A stretch of 62,835 nucleotides of DNA from Octopus bimaculoides. Taxonomy: Eukaryota. The position numbers and the translations under genes are program-made. Of this stretch, positions 36,882-50,044 are shown in pieces. Below the pieces are notes generated by a model. It made no database searches. It saw only the letters and a list, made by a program, of their open reading frames with translations, and had not been told where the DNA came from. The stretch is taken from positions 35,222,329 to 35,285,163 of the forward strand of contig NC_068989.1 in assembly GCF_001194135.2 (NCBI RefSeq). The letters are read 5' to 3'. Each line of letters begins with the position of its first letter. The stretch's first letter is position 1.

Positions 36882-37804
36882 TATTTGAGTATGATACAAC
36901 ATAATGATTTATAAAATTGAAATGCTGTATTAGAAACAAGGTTCAGTAATTGAACCCAGTCTAAGGATGTTATGTTTATGAACAGGAATAAGACACCTGA
37001 ATCTGATCCAAAAATATACTGATGAAAATATAATCTATAACCTATACAATGCATCATCTTTTATCTTTTACTTGTTTCAGTCATTAGACTTCAGAACTTT
37101 TACTCAAATGAATTGATTCCAGTAATTTTTTTTAAAGTCTGGTACTTATTCCATTAGTCTCTTTTGCTGAACTGCAAAGTTACGGGAACATAAACACACA
37201 ACACCAGTTGTCAAGAGGTGGTGGGCGAGGGACAAACACAGACACAAAGACATGCACTCACATCACATGTGAACTGTTGGCAACTTTTTTCCTCCATCTT
37301 CTTTTTCTCTTGGACTTTCCTCTGTCCCCTTTTTCTGAAGAAAAGCTTTGCTCAAAATGTAAAACATCCTTTCTTTCCTTCTCTGAGCATCTTATTAATA
37401 CTTTGCATGTACCATGTCCTTGCGTTGTTTTTTTCCTGTTGTACTTTTTTCTTTATTTTTTTGATTAATTATATATATATAGGGTTATATAATCAGATTG
37501 TTACCTCATACTCCATTGAATCCCTAGCACGAAACCGATTGGTAAGATTAGCTGTAATGGATATATAATAATGTAAACTTTAGATTATATGTGTGTGTGT
37601 GTGTGTGTCGCTGAGTACAGGTGTGGCTGTGTGGTAAGAAGCTCCTTCCCAACTACATGGTTCCCGGTTCAGTCCCACTGTGTGGCACCTTGGGTGAGTG
37701 TCTTCTACTATAGCCTCAGGCCGACCAATGTCTTGTGAGTGGAGTTGGTAGAAGGAAACTGAAAGAAGCCCCTTGTATATATATATATATATGTATATAA
37801 ATAA

Positions 37805-37839
<35 letters not shown>

Positions 37840-38442
37840 NNNNNNNNNNNNNNNNNNNNNNNNNNNNNNNNNNNNNNNNNNNNNNNNNNNNNNNNNNNNN
37901 NNNNNNNNNNNNNNNNNNNNNNNNNNNNNNNNNNNNNNNNNNNNNNNNNNNNNNNNNNNNNNNNNNNNNNNNNNNNNNNNNNNNNNNNNNNNNNNNNNNN
38001 NNNNNNNNNNNNNNNNNNNNNNNNNNNNNNNNNNNNNNNNNNNNNNNNNNNNNNNNNNNNNNNNNNNNNNNNNNNNNNNNNNNNNNNNNNNNNNNNNNNN
38101 NNNNNNNNNNNNNNNNNNNNNNNNNNNNNNNNNNNNNNNNNNNNNNNNNNNNNNNNNNNNNNNNNNNNNNNNNNNNNNNNNNNNNNNNNNNNNNNNNNNN
38201 NNNNNNNNNNNNNNNNNNNNNNNNNNNNNNNNNNNNNNNNNNNNNNNNNNNNNNNNNNNNNNNNNNNNNNNNNNNNNNNNNNNNNNNNNNNNNNNNNNNN
38301 NNNNNNNNNNNNNNNNNNNNNNNNNNNNNNNNNNNNNNNNNNNNNNNNNNNNNNNNNNNNNNNNNNNNNNNNNNNNNNNNNNNNNNNNNNNNNNNNNNNN
38401 NNNNNNNNNNNNNNNNNNNNNNNNNNNNNNNNNNNNNNNNNN

Positions 38443-38500
<58 letters not shown>

Positions 38501-38659
38501 AAGTGATAACAAATTCAAAAGTAACTATATCCTGCTACTTAGAATAATGTACTCAAAGATAAGTCTCAGATTGAATAATCCATAATCATTAGTCTAACAC
38601 AATATCAATATTTTATAAATACATACATGCATGCCTACATACATACATACATACATACA

Positions 38660-38693
<34 letters not shown>

Positions 38694-38763
38694 CACACAC
38701 GTACACACACACACACACGCACAAATGCACATGAACATACATACACACATGCACACACACACA

Positions 38764-38794
<31 letters not shown>

Positions 38795-39824
38795 TTTCAG
38801 AAATTTGGATTTTTCACCTGTTCTATAATATATGTTGTCTTCATCAATAGACACTTATGGCATCTTAAAATGTGTTGTAGAAAGAGTTTGAAGTAATTTT
38901 GATTATGTCTTTGGAAAAGAAATCCATAAAAAAGACAACACATTATTATTTTATTCAGTGCTGAGATAAAGACAAAATCTTTACGAATTATTCTCATTTT
39001 GTTTCTTGTTTATTATTTTTGCTTTTTGTATCCATTGATTTACCACAAAAAAAAACAAACAACCAATCAACTAGTTATATTTACACTACCACCATCACCA
39101 TCACCATCACCATCATCATCATCATCATCATCATCATCATTTAATGTCCACGTCCTATGCTGGCAAACTTTTTACCAATTACTTTCATTTGTAACAGTAC
39201 CTACCAGGTCCATTGTCTGCATCGGGCCTGCATCATGATCCTATTTCTGCTTCGCCATGGTTTCTATGGCTGGATGTCTTTCCCAGCATCAACCACTTTA
39301 CAGTATGTATAGGCTGCTTTTTTTCATAGCATCTGTAATAATGAGGTCACTATACAATCTGCAAGATTAAAATCCTTTTTGACTGAGTAGGGCTATAGTA
39401 GAAAGGGAGACAGCATTATGTTAGGGGATGAAGGGTTAAAGTATGAGAGAATGGGTCAGAGTAGATCAGATTTTTTGCTGTAGAGGAGCTACATGGCTAT
39501 CAACAATGTACAAGAGAGGTTGGTAGTAGACAGGGCAGAGCTGGAAAGAGATAAAGATGGTGGTGATTAGGTGTTAGGATGGACACCCAAGGTATGAGGT
39601 GAGTAGAAGTGAATGAAGATAAGTATATGAACTTTGCTTTTTTTCTCTGCCTATTTACTTTTTCTACTAAGCCTTTTTTTTGTATATTTTGTTTGTAACA
39701 GAATGAATAGATAAGAAAATCAAGACATATTTTCAACATAGAGCTTGAATCATTAATAATAAACATCTGGAGTATGCAACTGAAATAGCATTACATTAAA
39801 ATTATCATCTGTTTATCCTATTTA

Positions 39825-39855
<31 letters not shown>

Positions 39856-40877
39856 ACAGGCAAGATATTGCAACTTTCATCTTGGATAAAATCTCTTACA
39901 AATGTTTTGTGCTAAAAGCACAATATATATTGGAAAGAAATATAAATCATCCCAGCAGTGGCCAGCATACTCCTGATTATTTATTCAGCCTAGCAGCTTA
40001 TTGCAATATCAGTGAATGGATTATTCACCATTTCTTATATCAAAGGTGACAAATTTCATCTAGGAATGTGGCTGTAAGTATATGTCATTGACAAGGCCTC
40101 AAAATGCCAAAATGTATCTGGCATTCTCACATGCTGCTGCTAGGAAGATTTTGCCTTCCTCTGATATACATTGTTTTTAATGCAGTATATCTATAAGAGA
40201 TTTCATCTCAGGTGAAAACTGCAGTGTTTTGCCTATCAACAGTGTGCATACATAAATAAGATACACAGATGCTATTTTGATAATCAACAGTTTTAATTTA
40301 TCTTTACTCCTTTATCTTTTACTTATCTCAGTTATTAGACTGTGGCCATGCTGTGGCACTGCCTTGAAGAAATTTTAGTCATATGAATTGACCTATGTCC
40401 TTATTTTTTTCTTTAACCTGTTACCTATTTTATCGGTCTCTTTGCTGAATCACTAAGTTATGGAGACATAAATAAACCAACACCAGTTGTCAAACGGTGG
40501 TGGAGGACAAACACACACAGATATATATGTATACACAACAGGTTTTTCTCAGTTTCTGTCTCCCAAATTCATTCACAAGGCTTTGATCAGCTCTAGGCTA
40601 TAGTAGAAGACACTTGCCCAAGATGCTACATAGTGAGGTTGAACCTGGAACCATATTGTTGCAAAGCAAGCTTCTTACTGCACAACCATGCCTGCTGATA
40701 GACAAAGTTTTTATAAGATTTGTACTGAGACATAATGTGTGTAGTTAGCATTTTTTTAAAGACAGTTCATAGAAAGAATTTGTTTCCAGTGATTTCTTAA
40801 AGAGGCATAAATAAAGAATATTCAGAAGGCAAGTTTATAAAACAAAAACATTGAAATTTATTCAGTAGTGTAATGAG

Positions 40878-41260
40878 TGCTAGCAAGTGGTAACAAGAAT
40901 TAATCTTGCATGTAAATAGGAACCAAATATATGTGTATGCAAGACAAGAAAAATCGCATGAATTACTATATACATTGAAGCTTATATAAAACAGAGTGGA
41001 AGCTGATGTTAATCAAAGAGTTGTGTGTAGTTGTGTGTAGTTGGCGTAGGACACAGAAAATGTGACAAGTCAAAGAAAGAGATGTTGCTTCTATGGCATC
41101 AAATCTGCTACTGGTTTGAAACTGCTGTAGTGAGTTCATCCCGCTAAGGCAGATCACTGCTATTTTATTCATATGCTTCTAGCTCTGATTGGTTGAAATC
41201 TTCCACAGCACTACTGAACTATGTCACAGCAACAAAATAGATCTTTCTTGTCTTGCAACA
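40878..41260 (-). mobile_element. 3' LTR of the adjacent gypsy element
   Basis: Minus-strand TGTTGCAAG...CTTGCTAGCA termini, immediately preceded by purine tract AGGGAGGTAG (41261-41270); homologous to 55517-55917. Confidence 0.75.
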
Positions 41261-43450
41261 CTACCTCCCTGCAGACTACAAGTCAATACAAACAAGGAAA
41301 AAGAAGGAGAAAAAATGTGAAGCAAAATGAATACAAGGAAAACAAAATGTTCAGATACTGGAAAAAGAAAAAAATGAATATATTAAGTAAAACAAGCATG
41401 CAAATAGAAGACAGTTAAGCTAAACAACTAGTTTCACAAAGTCTCTCTGGCCAATGGACACTACTGCTGCGAGTTGTTATCACATATCTTAGTGAAGATG
41501 GGAGAGATGTTTGTGGAGTAGTGTGTATAGGGGTTGTATGTATGTGTGGAGCAGTGTGTGTGTATGTGGCTCTAGAACCATTAGAATCTATAGTAAAATG
41601 TTTGTTGGAGCGTATGAGCACATGATAAGCTCCAGAGTAAGGTAGAGTGAGAGGACTTCTCACTGCATCATTTCTGATGAAAGTATGGGCCCACGAGGCA
41701 ATGTCCCTCAGGACTGAAAGTTTAATGGCTTGGTGCCAAGTGTTCATGAGTGGCAGGTCTTGAAAGTATAAATGCAGGCGGTTCACACAGAGTACAAGAT
41801 CCTGAGTAGAAAGGTCAACTGGGGCAAGCATCTGCCCCAGCAAAGACAATAGAGCACAATACTGCAGCTCTGCTGGGAAGTATCCAAAGTCTCCCTTGAA
41901 CAAATTCTGAATGCTGAGGAGTACTATGAGGAGGTACTCACTCCAGCATTGATTATCCGGGTAGGCATGAAACACAGCTTTCAACTGATGATGGAAGTGC
42001 TCCACCGTTCCATTAGAAGCAGGATGATAACTCATAGTACAGATCTGTTGTGCACTGATGATCTTAGTAAATTCTGTAAAAAGTGAGATTCAAATTGTCT
42101 ACCATGGTCTGTAGTAATGGTGGTATGAACACTGTAACATGATATCCAGCCTGATACTAAGGTTCTCACTACCAATTCAGCAGAAATATCACTTAGCAGA
42201 ATGGCTTTACGCCATTGGGTGAAACAGTCAATGCAGGTCAGGATGGATGAATATCCATGACTGACAGGCCAGGGTCCCATGAGATCAATATCAATATAGC
42301 AGAAATGTGCATCAGGAGTACTAAAAGTTCTGAGAGAGACACTGATGTGCTTATGCACATTTGACTTTTGGCATTGGAGGCAAGATTGAGACCATTCAGT
42401 AATGTCATGTCTCATATTTGGCCAGAAGAATCTAGCCATTATGAGCTTTACTGAGGCTGAGACTCCAGGGTGTGAAAGACTGCAAAGCTATGAATACAGC
42501 TCATCGATGAGTCCCTGGGAGGAAGAGATGAGGTGAATCCATTAACACATTACACAATATCTTCATATCAGCCGTTGGTAGAGGCAGGTACTTGAATTTG
42601 CATGTCACAAACTCAGAAGAAGTTGTGTCAAGTGAGTCCGGAGGTGGTTGGTCCGAGGACAAAACAATTATATCAGTCTCTGGAGTGGATGACAAAGAAT
42701 TCACCGGCAGGTGGGACAATGCATCTGCAGCAGTGTTCTGATCTTTGGAGATGTGCTGGATATTACTGGTGAATTGAGATACGAAGTCCAGGTGTCTAGT
42801 CTCCCTCAGTAAATACTTTTCAGGCTTGGACCACAAGGAAAAAGTAAGGGGCTTATGATCTACATAGATGGTAAAGTTCCTCCATTCGAGGATATGTTGG
42901 AAAGGCTTCATTGAAAGGTAGATTGCCAACAATTCATGACCAAAGGTGCTGTAATGCCTCTTAGCAGGTTTCAGTTGCCGAGAGGAAAAGGCAAGAGGTT
43001 GAAGGTGCCCTTGATGAAACTGTTGTAATGCAGCACCAATTGTTGTGTCCAATGCATCAACTGCAAGTGAAAGCTTTGCATCAGAGAAGGGTGCGTGAGG
43101 AATGATGCTTTAGTGAGTTCATGCTTCATGGTGTTAAAGACATCAATCTGGGCAATGAAACAGCTTCATTCTTCTTACAACAGTTCTTTAAAAGCTCAGT
43201 AAGAGGAGACAGAAGTCCAGCACAGTGAGGAATAAAACGTCTATAAAAGTTCAGTAAACCAAGGAAATGGCACAACTGGCGAAAGGAAATATGGCCAAGA
43301 AACACAACACAAGGAAATATGGTCAAGAAACACAACAGAGGATGTGCTAAAAACACATTTAGCAGGGTTAATCTGTACTTGAAATTGGTTAAGGCATTGG
43401 AAAAGTAGCTTTAAATAATCTCATGTCTACAACACAAATGTACAGATGTC
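41261..43450 (-). mobile_element. 5'-truncated Ty3/gypsy pol remnant (RT end, RNase H, integrase), CsRN1-like by motif
   Basis: FLGLLNFYRRFIPHCA; YSTFGHELLAIYLS; RHLDFVSQF; FFWPNMRHDITEWSQSCLQCQK; IDIDLMGP; TTDHGRQFES; YHPASNGTVEHFH. Confidence 0.92.
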
Positions 43451-44489
43451 TTCTTTGAGATTATAACTAAATCCACAACACATTATTCAAAGAAGGTAAT
43501 ATTTCAGATTTAAGTAAATACTAGTTTTTCAAAGCTGCTTATGCATTTTATTTTTCACAAAATCTCTTAAAATTCTATTTAATAGCATTTTCCTAGGGAA
43601 TACATCATTTATTAAATTTTTCAGAAAGAGTGAAAGCTCAATTTTCCTTAGATATATATACTATTAGCCATAAAAGGTAGGAACATCTACATAAATGTTT
43701 TTCAACTAATCAATATCAACTGCCATGTAGCATGTAAGGGTGGTACACTTTAAAAAAAAAGTTGTGTAAATTTCTACCAAACTGTATTTTCAAATGTTCT
43801 ATGGGTTTTACTTGAGAACATGAAAAGTTGGAGTATTGAACTCTCAAACAGAATCTCCCTAGGCACTAAATGGAACTCTGCCACTCAATTCCTTGAAAGG
43901 CATTCTCAGTTGCTTCTATATATTTTACATAACAACTTTTGTATATCATGGTTGGTAAAAGATAAATAACCTTGGGTTGTAATGCATGCATATCTATACA
44001 CATGCAAATTTCTTTCCATATATTTTCTTGCATTATTCTGTTTATAATAACTATGTACAATTACTACATAACAGTGTTCACTAAAACATTATTCCTATCT
44101 CATACAGAGTAAACCTTTAAATATGCAATAACATGCATATTTTTCCAATACAATTCATTGTACACATGTAAAAACAATTGTTTGAAATAATGTTATCAAA
44201 TTTTGGTACAAGGCCAGCAAACTTGAGGGAAGGGTTAAGTTGGTTACACTGACCCCAGTAGTCAACTGGTACTAATTTTATCAATCCTGAGAGGATGAAA
44301 AACAGAGTTGACCTTGGCAAAATTTGAACTCAGAACATAAATACAGACGTTTTGCCCTGCATAGTAACAATTCTGCAAACTTGAGGACTTCAAATAACTA
44401 TTTTAAATAATAAATATATGGAATTCCAAACATTAATTACTGAGTAATTTATGTTTTAGAATGCAATCACTTTCCTCTACCTCTCACTT

Positions 44490-44830
44490 CTGCCTAATTA
44501 CCATGACCAACCCAACACGTTTTTTAGATTATCAAATGCTGTTAGATAACATAATTCCTCTCAATATTTGGGATGAAGTTTTTGTTTCTAAATATGTGGA
44601 TGACGTAAACATAACATCAAGTAAGAATAATTGCAATGCAAAGTATCACAGAATTGATGCTTTATGGTATTATTTACAACCTTTATCACTGAAAGATTGT
44701 TGGTAAAGATTTAAGAATTTTTCTAAAGTTGCAGAGATTTTACTTGTGATTCCACACTCAAGGTAGATCATTCCTTTAAGTAAATGGCATATTGTCTTCT
44801 CTCATTGTAATAAAACTAGAAGTCATTGAC
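44490..44830 (+). mobile_element. hAT-like transposase C-terminal remnant
   Basis: RFLDYQMLLDNIIPLNIWDEV...YHRIDALWYYL...LKDCW*RFKNFSKVAEILLVIPHS resembles the hAT dimerisation region (…W…F..L..VA...L.IPHS). Confidence 0.5.
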
Positions 44831-45298
44831 ACAAGTTACAAGTATAAACCACCTAAGAACATGCCTGAGTAAGTAAAGAAGGCAAACATAGGGTACAATA
44901 CTGAACACTGTGAACAAAAGAATATTTAGTTTGTTATATTATGGCATTAAAGTATTAGACATGTAAGTGTTAAATAGTGTTGAAGGTGTAATGTAAGTCA
45001 ATGAATAAAGTTGTTCTTTCCAATGTTTGTATATCATACTTTAATAAAAATTGATGCAAGCAAATTTATAAGTGGGCCTCAATAAATTAATACACCATAT
45101 TTATTCATGTATAATATGCACTTAAAGTACACTTTTGAATTTGTGCAAAGAAATCTCAGAAAAAAACAATCTATCGTGTGAAGAATGAAATAATGTGGAG
45201 AACTTCTCATAATGTGAAGAGAGAATTAATGAGTTATTCATTCCTTTATTTACATTATTTATGTTTGACGGATATTTGTCCTCATCTTGCTTGTTGTT

Positions 45299-45344
45299 AA
45301 CACAACGTTTCAGCTGATATACCCTCCAGCCTTCATCAGGTGTC
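45299..45344 (-). ncRNA. Minimal type-I hammerhead ribozyme motif, core intact
   Basis: Minus strand GACAC-CTGATGA-A-GGCTG gagggtatat CAGCT-GAAA-CGT-T-GTGTT. Stem I 5 bp, stem II 5 bp (terminal G.U), self-complementary ACGT stem III, GUU site. Confidence 0.75.
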
Positions 45345-45433
45345 TTGGGGGAAATTTCGAACCTGGGTTCTCATTCCTAAGGTATTTTTCAATGTTACTT
45401 AGGAATGAGAACCCAGGTTCGAAATTTCCTCAA

Positions 45434-45479
45434 GACACCTAATGAAGGCTGGAGGGTATATCAGCCAAAATGTTGTGTT
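45434..45479 (+). ncRNA. Degenerate copy of the same hammerhead (core mutated)
   Basis: GACAC-CTAATGA-A-GGCTG...CAGCC-AAAA-TGT-T-GTGTT: G5>A, G12>A and a stem III change. Confidence 0.55.
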
Positions 45480-48400
45480 AACAACAACCAAGATGAGGTC
45501 AAATATCTGTCAAATGTAGATAATGTACATAATTCCTCATCTGTTAAATATAGAACTGTATTCATTCCTTATGTATATATATATTTCAGTAGCTAAAATA
45601 TGTTTGTTGCAGTCAAGGCCTCTGTAAATGACTGATTCACCTGAAATGTATTAGTAAAATCATAAATTCTCTCCTTACAATGTAAGAAGCTCTCTGCACT
45701 ATTTCTTTCTGTCTTTAGTATTTCAATGCTGTTCTTTCATCATTCCTGAGCCAAGTCTATTACAGTTAAGACCACTGAAAATGTAAATGTAGGTCTAATG
45801 TATATAATACACACAACAGGCTTGGGCTAAAATAGTTATGGTTTTTGATACACACAAGATTTCTTTCTTTCAAATTTGGCATTATCAACTTCAGTCTCAT
45901 CAATCTCAACCTCAGATTTGTCATCATCAGCTTCAGTTTGACTATTACCAGTATTGGTTACATTATCATCTACCTCTATTTCATTATTGTCAACTTTAGT
46001 GACATCATCATCAAGTTAAATGTCATGACTTTTGGATGGAGTGAATTTTTTTATGAACAAGCATTGACATCAATGATTATTTGCTGCAAAATTGTAAAAG
46101 AATAGGTTTTGTATAGTTATAAAAACTGTCCCATTACCATAAATGTATATACGTTCTTCGGATGTAAAACAATAAATATTAAAATAACATTAATTTTACT
46201 TGTTATTCATCATTCCTATTTCTTAACTTTCTTTACATATTCAAAAAAAATCCAGCACAATCATCTTTGATTGTAATCAAAGACAGCCAGTATCAACATG
46301 TTAATATATGCAGACATATGTAAATATATTGACTGACACCAGGTTGACTTTGATTACTAAAAACGATTATGTTGGATTTTCTTAGAGAGTTAAGCAAATG
46401 GAATAATGGATAAAAGTTCAACTGATGTTATTTATTTTTGTTTTGTTGTATATATATTTAGTATAATATTTAGTTTATCTTTTGCAAAGACCTGTTGGGA
46501 CAAGTGAAATTGTAATTGAACCATACTCGATGACTGGCACCGTGCCAGTGGAGCACTAACAGCACTGTCAAGCATGTTCATAGCCAGAGCAGCTGTCTGG
46601 CTTCCGTGCTAGTGGCCTGTAAATAGCACCATTAGAGCGTAATCGTTACCAGCATTGCCTTCTAGCACTTGTGCTGGTGGCACGTTAGAAAATCATTTCA
46701 GCAAGGTCGTTGCCAGTGCCGCTGGACTGGCTCCCGTGCAGGTGGCACGTAAAAAATACCTTTTTGAGCGTGGCCGTTGCCAGTACTGTGTGACTGGCCC
46801 TCGTGCCAGTGGGACGTAAAANNNNNNNNNNNNNNNNNNNNNNNNNNNNNNNNNNNNNNNNNNNNNNNNNNNNNNNNNNNNNNNNNNNNNNNNNNNNNNN
46901 NNNNNNNNNNNNNNNNNNNNNNNNNNNNNNNNNNNNNNNNNNNNNNNNNNNNNNNNNNNNNNNNNNNNNNNNNNNNNNNNNNNNNNNNNNNNNNNNNNNN
47001 NNNNNNNNNNNNNNNNNNNNNNNNNNNNNNNNNNNNNNNNNNNNNNNNNNNNNNNNNNNNNNNNNNNNNNNNNNNNNNNNNNNNNNNNNNNNNNNNNNNN
47101 NNNNNNNNNNNNNNNNNNNNNNNNNNNNNNNNNNNNNNNNNNNNNNNNNNNNNNNNNNNNNNNNNNNNNNNNNNNNNNNNNNNNNNNNNNNNNNNNNNNN
47201 NNNNNNNNNNNNNNNNNNNNNNNNNNNNNNNNNNNNNNNNNNNNNNNNNNNNNNNNNNNNNNNNNNNNNNNNNNNNNNNNNNNNNNNNNNNNNNNNNNNN
47301 NNNNNNNNNNNNNNNNNNNNNNNNNNNNNNNNNNNNNNNNNNNNNNNNNNNNNNNNNNNNNNNNNNNNNNNNNNNNNNNNNNNNNNNNNNNNNNNNNNNN
47401 NNNNNNNNNNNNNNNNNNNNNNNNNNNNNNNNNNNNNNNNNNNNNNNNNNNNNNNNNNNNNNNNNNNNNNNNNNNNNNNNNNNNNNNNNNNNNNNNNNNN
47501 NNNNNNNNNNNNNNNNNNNNNNNNNNNNNNNNNNNNNNNNNNNNNNNNNNNNNNNNNNNNNNNNNNNNNNNNNNNNNNNNNNNNNNNNNNNNNNNNNNNN
47601 NNNNNNNNNNNNNNNNNNNNNNNNNNNNNNNNNNNNNNNNNNNNNNGCAAAAGAGACCAATAGAATAAGTACCAGATTTTAGAAATGATTAATTAGTGAG
47701 AGGTTGATTGGTTCGACCAAAATTCTTCAAAGTGGTGTCCCAGCATGGCTGCAGTCTAATGACTGACACAAGTAAAAAATAAAAGATAAATATTAAATAA
47801 TTTTATAATACTGATTTCAAATTTCGGGAAAAAAAAATAAGCCCAGCAACTTTGGAGGAAGGAGTAAGTCGATTGCATTGATTCCAGTGCTCAACTGGTA
47901 CTTATTTTATCGGCCCCGAAAAGATAAAAGACGATGTTGACATCATAGTTTGAAATATTGGCGAAAAGTTTAGTCCGATGAGAGTTATCCCCCTGTTTGT
48001 TGTTGGGTGTGTCTCAGGAGTTACCCGGCTTAAGGTATTGTCTCATCGGTACTTTTTCATCATCTTACAAGTAAATGTCAATTTTTATTTTTATTCCTCC
48101 AAAACTGTTCATAGTCAGAATTATTTTAAATTAACATCACATTTTGTTTCTTCATTATGTAAAAAAAATATAGAAAAAAATTGCGAATTCTGTCTTTATT
48201 ACAAAGCTATTTATTTTGTAAACAAACCTTCGAATAAAATAATCTTGTTAGGTTTCTGTTATAATTCTATTTAGATATATATTATGCATTATAGCGATAT
48301 AACTCGACCCTACTTTAGTTTATTGATGATACCCCCAGAAAAACGAAAAGCAAAGTTGTCGTCGCCCGGATTAGAATTCAAAACGTAAATTTCGTCGATC

Positions 48401-49041
48401 CAAAACATCGAATTTTTTTCGAATATTTTTTGAAAACGAAAACATTAAATCAGTTCCTTTATTACTGTTTCGTATTCAGTTTTAGGGTAGAAGCTGTAGT
48501 ACCATGCAGTTATCTAATTCGAGTATACATGTTTCTTTGTTCTGTTCATCTTTCACATGGCGCTAACATCAAAACGAAGATTTCTTTAAGTTGGGAACCT
48601 AAAATATAGGTACCACGATCAATTCTTTTCTCATTAAAAGCTATTTTCATCTTTATGCATGCAGAACTAATGTTAATAATAATTATTACTATTATTTATT
48701 TCTTACATTGACACAATGTCGTCACATTCTTGGAATAGCAACTATAAAGTGATGAGGCTAACTTCAGTGCTGGACGAATGCTCTACATTTTAAACAACAG
48801 TAAAATGAAAGGCAAATTCGCCTGCGCAGGGCAAAATGTCTAGAGACTTAGATAAGTTCTGTGAAGTATTTTGTCCTGTTCTCCACTTTATTTTGCTTTC
48901 CACCACCCTCTCTTAGTTACTTCTATTTATGTTTTGAGAACAAATTAGCCGACGTCACGTCAACATTGCTTTCATCCATCAAGAACCTATGAAACAATCG
49001 ACTCACACTTACCCAATCTTGGCTTTGTATCAATGTTATGA

Positions 49042-49091
<50 letters not shown>

Positions 49092-49100
49092 TATTATTAT

Positions 49101-50035
49101 AGCAGCGAGCTGGCTGAATCGTAAGCACGCCGGGCAAAATGCTTAGCGGTATTTCATTTGCGCTACGTTCTGAGTTCAAATTCCGCCGGAGTCGACTTTG
49201 CCTTTCATCCTTTCGGGGTCAATTAAATAACTACCAGTTGCGCACTGGGGTCGATGTAATCGACTTAATCCTCTCCCCCAAATCTGAGGCCTTGTGCTTC
49301 CAGTAGAAAGGATTAAAAATATATTTTTTATTTATTCTATTAGTTTCGTTTACACGCAAAACCCTCACAACTACACACACTCACACACATCCAGACGCAT
49401 TTTTTTTTTGTCCTGTGCTGTCCATAATGTTTTTCTTCCTGTAAACCCTTGTGGTTAATAAAGAAATCATCATTATTATTAAGGTCGACTTTGCCTTTAA
49501 TCTTTTCAGGGTTGATAAATTAAGTACCAGTGGAGTACTGGAGTCGATGTGAAAGACTGTTCGTCTCCCCACAAAATTCATGCTTGTGCCTATAATAGAA
49601 AGGATTATTATTAGGCAGAATTGATAGCACGTCAGGCAAAGTACTTAGTGATATTTCGTCTGTCCTTATGTTCTGAGCTCAAATTCCACCAAGACCAACT
49701 TTGTCTTTCATCCTTTCGGGGTTGATAAATTGAGTACCAGTGAAACACTGGGGTCGGTCTAATCGACTAGTCCCCTCCCTCAAAATTTCAGGCCTTGTGC
49801 TTATAGTAGAAAGGCTTATTATTAAGGTGGTGAGCTGGTAGAATTGTTAGCACTCCAGGTAAAATGCTTAGCAGCATTTCTTCTATCATTATGTTCTGAG
49901 TTTAGATTCCTCCAATGTTGACTTTGCCTTTCACCCTTTCAAGGTAAATAGATTAAGTACCAGTGAAACACTGGGGTCAGTCAATTTAATTGACTAGTCC
50001 CATCCCCAAAATTTCAGGCCTTGTGTAAAAAGGAA
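49101..50035 (+). mobile_element. Head-to-tail array of about four SINE family A copies separated by (ATT)n
   Basis: Best copy 49101-49315 has A-box-like TGGCTGAATCG and B-box GAGTTCAAATTCC; further copies at ~49480-49605, 49612-49815 and 49825-50035. Confidence 0.85.
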
Positions 50036-50044
50036 TATTAATTT

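Larger units (their letters stand above)
45251..45527. mobile_element. Inverted pair of Penelope-type pseudo-LTR fragments (~130-bp arms, 16-nt spacer)
   Basis: 45251-45381 is the reverse complement of 45398-45527 with scattered substitutions; each arm carries a hammerhead motif. Confidence 0.85.

Noticed and set aside
47970-48055. Small inverted motif AGTCCGATGAGA / TCTCATCGGTACT
   Set aside because: Too short to classify; no hammerhead stems or TSD.
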